DNA from: Adineta vaga
Lineage: Eukaryota > Animalia > Rotifera
Length of the DNA: 64,000 nucleotides
Assembly (NCBI GenBank): GCA_021613535.1
Contig: CP075493.1
Span: forward strand, 9,734,001 to 9,798,000
Reading direction: 5' to 3'
Both the position numbers and the translations under genes were made by a program. Position 1 is the first letter of the stretch; each line of letters begins with the position of its first letter. Of this stretch, positions 54,109 through 64,000 are shown in pieces. The notes beneath the pieces are model-generated. The model was not told the DNA's origin, ran no database searches, and was given only the letters and a program-made list of their open reading frames with translations.

Positions 54109-56533
54109 TTAGGTGGTGCTTGTTTTGAAACGCATTGCGTGTCGAACAGTTTTCATCAGAAGTAAATTAAGATCTGGTGTTGGTAAGACATTTTCATGTG
54201 GTAAAGCCATACGACGAGGAAAAAATATGTAATCAAGCTATATATAAGAGAGAAATAGTGGTAAACGTTGTAAAAACAAAGATCTTACGGGATAATTGAG
54301 AAAATTACAAACATTGGATGTGTAAATATCGGCAAAACGTGCTAAACGCCGATGAAAATAAGTCGGAACAGTATGGTACGGAAAATAGAACCGAAATAAG
54401 GATTGAGAAGATCACGAGATTTTGCTCTGGAAAATATAAATACGAAATATTATAAATCAGATAGAACAGTTTACCTTTCTTCTTCTTGTTCAGCTACCCA
54501 AGTTTTCATAACAAGATCTGCTTCTGAGCCGGGAATAACCTTGAATTAAAATTGAAATTTCGAGTTAAGTTCAACATAATCAATTATGGATTCTAATAAT
54601 CTTACTTGTAATTTATCGATAAGCCATTGAAGAACAGTTAACTAATAGAATCAATTTTAGTTTTATATATGAATCAATATAATCTTTACCCATCGTATTG
54701 TTTTTTGAAATGCATCTGAATTCATAATATTGATCTCATCCTTGTAGGAAAAAACAAGTCAATTATATATGTTCAATCGATATGAAACTACCTTACTTCA
54801 ACTTCTTCAAGAATCGCACCTGTTCTCCATCCATATTTGAGAAATAAATCCTAGAATATACAAATTTAATCATATTCATCATTATTCAAATAACAAATAA
54901 ACTTACTGCTAAATCACCATAGATATGATCACCAATATAGAGAACATCATTTCCTTGCCAATGTTTCATTTCTATTAAAGTCGTTAGATTACCCTGTAAA
55001 CAAAATCAAATCTGTAGAATACATTTCTTTCAAAAGAAAAAAAACATGAATAATTTACTTCAACATAAACTTTCCCATGTTCTATTTTCAGTACTCGATC
55101 CCATGATTTTGATTTTTTGCTTACATCAATTTCACGAAATGGTCTAAAAACATCAAAATGAACGTCAATTCAATACTTTATTCACTTCAAACCTTTTCTG
55201 TTCGGCAAAAAATGAAGGTTTCCGTGCTTGACATATAATTACATCGAAAAAATTTTGCCAATTATCTCCGAGCAAATAACTCATTCCAAGATTGACATAC
55301 CAGTAAGCACTATTAGTAATTAGGAAGATTTGTTTATTTGCATCATGAAGACGTTGTAAAAATGGTTTTAAACGAGGATTCTCTTCAAAATACATCTCTA
55401 TGAAAAGATTAGAATCCTATGTATGAAAATGAATATCTACTATTGATGAACTTACCGACGTTTTCTCCAACTTGACGATGCATCATTCCACTTTTATGAA
55501 ATGCACTAACTGCTTCCTAATAAATGAAATTGATAATTTTATATTTTCATTCAGATTATAACTTACTCGAACATCATAATGTACATATTCCGAAGCAAAT
55601 GGAATACTATTATCAATAAAATACTGAAGAAAACAAAAGGATTTTAGTGGAAGAAAAATCTAAAGATTTATTTATATTTATCTACTTGAGTAACATCACG
55701 TAGAAGTGTTATTTCAGAAATTGAAAATATATCAACATATTGAAACATATTCGATGTTCGTCCTAGATAACCCACAACGTCAACCGAGAGTTTCGTACCA
55801 TGATGTGCAGCAAGAACTTCTTCATCTGGTACGGCACGCATACCCCTATTACATGAATGAATAGTATTCAATTGAATTATTTGAAAACTATAAAGATTAC
55901 TTACTGATAAACAGTTCCTAATTGAATATTATGATAACTATCAACTTTCATTAACCAGCCACGTTTGATATCTAAATGTAAACCACGTGCACCCATGCCT
56001 GGTCGATAGCAGAAGTTCATAATATCATCAGGATACTATATAGAAAGAATAGATCTTGTTTCTATTAAGAAAGATTGTTTATTATAATTCTTACTCGTAA
56101 AGTTTTAACGAGAAATGTCTTTGCATTGTCATAAATTAATGAATGTAATGTTGATTTATAACGTGCTAAAGTATAATCTAAATAGAAGAACATTTATGTA
56201 TTCATGTCTAGTAGATGTATGAAAAAAGAATAACGAACCAAAATCAAAACCATATACTTTAATGTTTTGTAGATCTAATTCATTATTCGAAAAGATTCCA
56301 TTTGGATTGACTTTTTTCGAATAGGGATATGTTGAAGCTAATTACAAAGATGAAATATATATTCAAGAATAAAATAAAATAAATAATTATTTACAAAACG
56401 CTTCATGCTTTAATAACTCATAAAGTTGTTTTAATTCTTCTAATTGACGTGCTGCTTGTGTGATTGATCGACGAGGTGAAGTAAAGATTTCGGAGATAAA
56501 ACGATAATAATATTGTTTTCGACTGTTCAACAT
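54109..56533 (-). CDS. 5'-nucleotidase domain-containing protein (NT5DC2/3 class); apparent 1-nt frameshift at ~54376
   Basis: IFSNNELDL, YGFDYTLARY, RGLHLDIKRGWLMKVDS, FLITNS, FDVIICQARKPSFF, LYIGDHIYGDL, GWRTGAI and NPYFGSIFRT. Mitochondrial-like presequence. Confidence 0.88.
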
Positions 56534-56830
56534 CGTAGAAAATATGTACACAACTGAGATTCATAAATATTATGTTATATATTCTGTTTCTGTACGATTC
56601 TTAGTTTTAACAATGTTACATGACTGCTGCTGAGTTAATACAACCAGTTCGCGTGCTGATCAACAGAGGTCTATAGAAGGCAAGTCTGATTAGAGTAAGT
56701 TACAGAGAAAGAAAAATAGGACGTGAAAAACTTTTATTAATGGTTCAGTCTCAGCATGTCTGATTTGTAATAGCAAATATTGATAAAATTTCCGTTTTAT
56801 AACTGATTTCCGATGTACATCGGTACAAAT

Positions 56831-57948
56831 TTATCTATTTGCATAAGCATACAATAATGTTTTTGATCGTCTTAAGATTGATTCATTTTCCATTACAACA
56901 ATTAAATCTTGAGTATTTCCTCGGACAATTCGAATTGGTTTGATCTTTTGTTCATTATCTGTTGTTTTCTGTCGTTTCAAACGACTTTCACGTAGAACAA
57001 GACATGCTGTTTCATCTGCTTCTCGTTGTCGTAAGTCCTCTAGTAAAGATAATCGATGATCACGTGGTGTTTGAATACATTTTTGTTCTCCATTATGTAC
57101 ATTCGTCGTTAATTCAACTTGTCGCTGATGAAATCGATCTATATTTAAATTTCGATTGGATTCTCCAGTTTGTGCTTTATTTAATTCGACTAAAAAACGA
57201 ATTTGTTCACGAACATTACTAGTCATTTCGTAGATATTTGAATTGAATAGACGTGTATCAAGTCGATGTTGAGCAAAGAAGTGAAGACGTCGAATGATAT
57301 ATGTGAGAAATGCATATAATGTTTGAAGAAAGACATGTTCACCACATTGACTTAAATGAAAATTCTTTCGTGCAAAACGATTAATTAATTTTTGTTGATA
57401 AATATTTGCATCTGGTCGAATATAAGGAACTAAGTCTTTTTGACACGATGAAGTAAGATCGATTAATTGAGGACATGATGGTGGAAGACGAAAATGAGCT
57501 TGTTGTAAAGATGGAAGTCGTGTTGAATCGGATGAATTAGAAATAACATTCTCAATACGAAAAAACACTCGTATGGTTTACTGATGCGTAAAAAAATGCT
57601 TACCGATGATGATGACGTTTGTAATGGAATTGATTTGAAGATTTCCCATGAATATGGATCATATTGATTTTGTTGAAGATATTGATGTGCTAATGGAATT
57701 GTTTCAACAAGAAAGAGAGTTAAACTATGTTTAATAGTCACATTTAGAATCTGTTGAACATTTTGAACAAATGTTTCGATAGTATATGATGTATTAAAAA
57801 GATGACGGACACATTCTTCAACATTCACGGTTAGATCATCATTTGTCTGTGTCGATGAACGTCCTTGATTAGGTTCACCTAATTTGATCAAACGTATTAA
57901 TCTCTCTCGAAGTTTTGAGATTGATTCAAGATGATGTACAGTCTCCAT
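56831..57948 (-). CDS. TAF4: Compact, divergent TFIID subunit TAF4 (TAFH domain plus histone-fold/C-terminal domain), one intron 57552-57603
   Basis: TAFH-like LIRLIKLG...NVEECVRHLFNTSYTIETFVQNVQQILN...LFLVETIPL. C-terminal YEMTSNVREQIRFL, LRQREADETA and RIVRGNTQDLIVVMENE..RRSKTLLYAY parallel TAF4. Confidence 0.75.
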
Positions 57949-58324
57949 CAGTTCCAATGAATTAATTATCGAAATCAGTTGTCATTTTGAAAGAGAGATA
58001 TTTTAATTAAGCACTTTCTGTCGATTAGAAATGTTTTTCTAATCATATGTATTAGTGTAGGTTCAATCTTTTATCACTCGAATGATTGCAGACGACATCT
58101 GATGAAAATATTCGTTCGTTCTATCAACATAAATGAATATCAATACATTCAGTATGCTACGATTTAGAAGTTCTTTTGATTTAAAAATTAAACAATATTT
58201 AAGCAAAAAAGAGTCATGAATCAGTTCTTTGAATCTGAATCGATTATTCAAATGAGTCATTGTTTATTTGGCGACATATTTATACAATTGAGACGACAGA
58301 CGACTCTCTTCTTCTTTCATACAA

Positions 58325-59694
58325 ATGTCTCCACGAATTTGTTTGTCAATAACTTGTTTGATCTTATCTTGTTATTTAGTTACAAGTAATGAAGAATGTC
58401 AATTAACTAATAGTAACGAACAAATTGATGATTGTAATTGTCGAATATCTGATTTGAATGAACTTAATAATCAACGTCTTTATCCATTATTACATCAAAT
58501 AGTTACGAAAAATTATTTTCGATTTTTTCCAGTTAATCTACGTAAAAAATGTTTATTTTGGTCAGATGATGGTCAATGTTCACGTCGCACATGTGCAATA
58601 AAACCGTGTTCAATTGAAAACTTACCTGAAGCATTTCGTACTCGAACTGTTCACGAAAATGAACATTGTTCAACGGTTGATACAAATTCTTCACTTGGAT
58701 TAGTGAATAAAAATATTAGTGTAGTACATAAACAAACAATTGAAAATTGGATTCAATTCGATGATATTCAATCAGATAATTTTTGTGAAGTTGATGATGA
58801 AACTTCAATTGATATGGAATATATCGATTTATCAATCAATCTAGAACGTTATACCGGCTATACAGGTCCATCAACTCAACGAATCTGGTCTGCGATCTAT
58901 AATGAAAATTGTTTCTTTCTACCAGATTCGAAAATTTTCTATGATCTGCAACAAAAACGTTTAAATATCAATAAAATGTGTCTTGAAGGTCGAACATTTT
59001 ATCGTCTTATATCAGGCCTTCATACAAGTATAACCATACATTTATGTGCACAATATTTTTTTCCAACAGTTACCGGTGGTTATTCAGGTTCCGATGGACA
59101 TTGGGGTCCAAATTTGGAGGAATTTAAAATACGTTTTGATCCTGATTTAACAGCTGGTGAAGGTTCAAAATGGTTGAAGAATGTTTATTTTCTTTATTTA
59201 ATTGAATTACGTGCTATATATAAAGCACGTGAATTTTTTCAAAAGCAAACTTATTTTACAGGCAATGAAACGGATGATATCCATACGAAAGAATTAATCA
59301 TCAAGAACTTAATAAGAGAAATTGAACCATTTGCAAATTATTTTACGGAAGATAGATTATTTCAAAATGGCAATGATCTATTAAAATTTGAATTTAAACA
59401 ACATTTTAGAAATATCACTCGAATTATGGATTGTGTTGGTTGTGATAAATGTAGATTGTGGGGAAAATTACAAACCCAAGCACTAGGTAAGTACAGACAA
59501 AATTGATTTTCTTTATTAACAATCATTTTTTTGGCACTTCAGGTACAGCTTTGAAGATTCTCTTTACAAATAGCAATTCCATACAATTACAACGATCAGA
59601 AATTGTTGCATTGTTCAATGGATTCAATCGAATATCAACAAGTTTATATCATCTTGAACATACATTCAAATCATGCATTAAAAAAGAGAATTAG
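58325..59694 (+). CDS. ERO1: ER oxidoreductin 1
   Basis: Signal peptide, then NYFRFFPVNLRKKCLFWSDDGQC, ERYTGYTG, RIWSAIYNENCF, FYRLISGLHTSI and RIMDCVGCDKCRLWGKLQTQALG. One intron near the 3' end. Confidence 0.96.
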
Positions 59695-60000
59695 ACAAAA
59701 TAAAAAATTAATTACTAAACTTCTACATATAATCTCATCTATTTTACTTTCTTTTTTTGTGAATTCATGTTTCAAATATGGTACTTTCATAAATAAAGAA
59801 CTCGAATAATATGATTCTATTAATCGATCTGAAAATATTAAGAAAAAATTAATATTTGTTATCAGTTGTAAGATTTATCAATGGAAATAAAATAAAACAG
59901 ATGATTGAATGCACCAATAGAAAGAAAAAATAATAACATGAAAATACTAGTTACAGTATCATAATAGTAGAATAAAAATAAATAAATCTAAAAAATTGAA

Positions 60001-63000
60001 TCATTTATTTCGAACTTGTGATTGAGTAATTCGTTGAAATTCTGCGTCTGTTAATTCTGTATCTAGTTTAGAAACTGTATGTACTAAGCTGTCACGTTCA
60101 CGACGTAAAACATTAATTTCGACTTTTTGAGCATCTAATTCCGATCGAAGACGTTCATTTTCAAGACGAAATGATTCTAATTGACGTAATTTTTCGTGTA
60201 AATCATCGACAGAATTCATTTCTGGTAGAAGTGATATGGTCGTATTTTTTTCATCTAAATTAAAACCATACAAATTGATCAAATCTTCTCAGATGAAATC
60301 TTACCCTGAGGATTTGTTTTCTGAATGATTAATTGTCCATCAATTTGTCGAAGAATATGAAGATATTCAATATCCACTTTTATTGGAGGTTTAATATCGA
60401 TAAATGTTTGTGTAGTTAAATATTCTTGTGGAAACTTTAATAAAGAAGATTTTGATTATGAAAGAACAATTATTAAAAATCAGACACTTACTTCGAGTGT
60501 AAATTGAACATTGTTTAAAGTTATATCAAGTGGTAGAATTTTTATTGGTTGATTTTGTCGTATTAATTTTTCTTCTGAAGTCAAAATTTCTTCGAGATTT
60601 TGTGTTAAGACATCAAGTGCATGATTAGCTATGACCAATGAACGATCATGAACTTGTAAAGAAACAATAGGTGGTGGTGCTGATTCACCTTTTTGAAGAT
60701 CAATACGAATATTTATAGGTGGAACATTTTCATTGTTATATTCATCTAGAAAAGTATGATAATGAATTGAATTGAATTGAATTAATAAGGAAGTTTTTCA
60801 TACCAGGATTTTCATTTTCGAATAATTTCGGTTTGATTGCATCGAATTTTAATGTAGAAAATTCATCAATACGAAGATATTTTGCATTACATGCAATATA
60901 CATTGGTTTATCACTTTTCGTACTATCTTCTGTAATACAAATATTGATTTGATTAATTTTAAGAAATACACCATTGACCTAGAAAAAAAAACTCTAACGG
61001 ATCAATTTTTATTCTTATGTGAATTTACTGATTCCATTGCAGTTTTTCGAACACTTTTCTTCTCTGTTAAACTTATACAATCATCATCAAGTTCAATACG
61101 CGCTGCTTTTTGTTGATCAAAATCATTCGTAAATAAACTTGCATCAAGATCAGCATCTAAATCTTCTGTTATATCCAGTTGTGATAAAGTATCATCACTA
61201 TTATCGCTCATATTCATTGATGATGCGATGGATGAACCACGTGTACCTTTTGAAAGTATGTCTAATCCACGTTGAAGATTTTCTTCAAATTTTGATTTCT
61301 TTGAAGCTGGTATGGATGGATTTTTCGGTGGAATTGGTGGCTCTATTTTATTTGCGATAGGAATAGTTGGTACTGGTGCTGGTGCTGGTGTTGGAGTAAC
61401 TACTTCATCGATAATAGTTGTATCAGGTATGTCATATGTCACTGAATCGATTTCTACTTCAGGTAAACTTGATGAAGAAGATGTAGGAAGATCGAGTGTT
61501 GCAATCTCTAGACCATCGATAACAGCTAATGTGAATGTTGTTGGAACCGTTAAACAAATTGTTATTTTCATTTCATCCGTCGGAATGACAGATGACGTTT
61601 TTCGTTTGATTAGATTTGTTTGAATTGTATTTCGATCAATTATTTCAAGGAATAAACCTAATTCATCGACGAGTCGCATAATAAATGTATATTGTCTTTG
61701 AGAAATTTTCAAGATTGATGGAGTTTCAAGAACACCAAGGATATTTATCCATGAATCTATTCAATTGTATAAGTATATAGCAAAAAATATTTTCTATGTT
61801 CAAAACCAAGAATATGTTTACCTTTTTCATTCCTATCAACTGCTGCCCAACCATTTAATGATAAAGAACTAATTAAATTTTGTTTGACTAATCGAACAGC
61901 ATCTAATGATGGTAATGGTGTAAAATCTAGATAGATACTTTCAGCAGCAAAATGCCAAATATCACATTTTGCAGACTATAACAATAGAACAAGACTAACT
62001 TTTGTCTAAGATATATCTCTTACTTTCTTCAATGAATCAGTAGTCATCGTATAATACGTCTGAAGTGCCTTTGCACCTGTTCGAGATTCTGGTAAACTAC
62101 CAGTTTTAATACACAATGGATTATTGTATAGATATGTATCGTATGGATGTTTTTCAAACAATGGACTAATCCGTGTTGTTGCAGTCTTGGACAAAGGCCA
62201 TTGATTTTGTTGAAAGAAATTCGCCTTTTTAAATAATGCTAAATGTTCTTCAAGTTTAGCTCGATTACTATTTGGTTCTATTCGTGTGTTGGTAATAGAT
62301 ACTTTCGAAATATTTAATTCAAGAATTTCATAATACTGTTGATTAGATTCGTCTTTTTTCTCATCTCCAACATTTTGTAATTGACGATTGTTTGAAAAAA
62401 TATCCGAACTGATAATAATCTAGAATTACAACAATAATGTACCGAAGAATTCAATCGAATATTAACAAACTCGTGGTAACATTGCTTCAAGTTTGATTTC
62501 TACATGTTCAAGATCAGCACTGGGTACGTCCGTTTTCAATACACCGGAATTATCCTGATAAATAAGAAGAAAATACAAAAGTCTCTTTTTCCTTTTTTCT
62601 AATCAATTTACTAATGTTATCGATAGAGTGGAAATAAAAGCATGAAGCCAATTTGACGTAACAAAATCGAGGCGAAAGAGCATGGGCATTATTTGAATGT
62701 ATAAATCACTATTTGGTACTAAAAAGCAACAAGAGAATATATTGATTTTGTTTAAACTGTTTTACCAGGAAATGAATAAGGTAATGGATAATAATATTCA
62801 CTATGTTGAATATTAATAAGACCGAAAGTATCAGGCACTTGATAGTATGTTTTATCTGATGCAAGTAAGGGTCGACGTCGTTTTTGATGTTTATCATTTG
62901 TTAGAGAAACCGGATAGAACACTAAATCATCGATATTGATAACACTACATGATTCAAATAAACGAATACGATTGGTTCGAAGAGCTTTTTCAAATCTTTT

Positions 63001-64000
63001 TGCTAGAAGAAGAAGAAGAATATCGACTAGTTTAGTTTGTTTTCCTCGTAAATATATGAACTTACATATATCATCATTGGGTACAGAAGCTTTAGCGATA
63101 TTGAATTGTTCTTGCCATTGTTCATATAATTTAGTTGCCCATTCATGACGATTAAATGCTTGAATTTCATTGTATTTTATCCAATGTTTTTTCGATGATC
63201 CAAATTCATGATAAGGATAATGATCGAGAGAAAGATTTGCAATAGTTACTTGAATTGCACCATTTTCAACTAGACGATCAGCTGAAGAACGAAACTTTTT
63301 TTCGTGGATCAAACAAAAATGTAATGATCTACATACTGGCAGTACCTGAATCAGCAATGATATGTAAGTCTAATCGTTTAATATTAAAATGCATCGATGT
63401 TTCAATGATATCAAATCGAGTAAAAGCATCAGTAGGTTGTTGGTCAATACTTAACTGATGAAATGGATTTGCCAATTCATATGAGCTATTTGTCGATAAT
63501 TTAGGTGGAAATGTTGTCGTTTGTCCTTGTCGTTCTGATTTCTGCAAGAGAACAAATTCTTTGTTTCAATCAAAATTCTCTACTTCACTAGATAGTTTGT
63601 AATGATATAGACTTACATTTAATTGATCTCCAACTTTTTGTTTCTTTTGTTCAGATGCTTGTTTCATTAATTGTGTAATTTCTTTATATGCATTCAATGC
63701 TGAATTGAATTGAGCATCATTAACAACAGATAGAAAATCATCAAAATTTATCATAACTCGAGATGTAACGAGAGAACTATCTGCAAAACAATCAATGATT
63801 ATTAATTTTTTAAAGAAAATCTATAAAGAAACAATACCTTGTATATTCTTCTTCATTGCAATTCGTATTCGACACGAATTTGCAATGAAACGTAATGCTG
63901 TTCCTGGAAGATTAGCATCATTCGACGAAGCTTGTATACGCGCGTTTTGCCAAGATATTTCCTTTCAAATTTACAACAAATTCATTAATAATTATACGAC
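60001..64000 (-). CDS. BLTP3: Bridge-like lipid transfer protein 3 (UHRF1BP1/UHRF1BP1L); 5' part lies beyond the window
   Basis: IETSMHFNIKRLDLHI, GAIQVTIANLSLDHYPYH..HW, SEYYYPLPYSFPVPNSDLYIQ, and a C-terminal coiled coil. Confidence 0.85.

Overview
Eukaryotic, very AT-rich, gene-dense animal DNA with many 45-65 bp GT-AG introns. Intron size, the NHL/polycystin family and apparently foreign enzymes point to a bdelloid rotifer (Adineta/Rotaria-like); this is an inference. About 24 genes can be reconstructed by hand: a polycystin 3' end, DUF3445/HDOD, DRC5/TCTE1, WDR82, a deleted NHL-polycystin pseudogene cut by a MITE-like element, an orphan tail-anchored protein, GPC1, KDM8/JMJD5, LETM1, ADAL, two ACP5 duplicates, NR4A, DMRT2/11E, a PPxY membrane protein, WDR62/MAPKBP1, a CFAP97-domain protein, ZNG1/CBWD, SNX3, a two-Ig GPI-type protein, an Sgpp-like HAD phosphatase, NT5DC, TAF4, ERO1 and partial BLTP3. 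The most striking structure is three head-to-tail minus-strand clusters. Their stop-to-start spacers are 39-352 bp and usually carry a 3' splice acceptor just before the next ATG, which looks operon-like and suggests SL trans-splicing. Each cluster ends in a gene that looks non-metazoan or patchily distributed (DUF3445, GPC1, Sgpp-HAD). Several single-base frameshifts are probably assembly errors. All homology calls come from recalled motifs; no searches were run.
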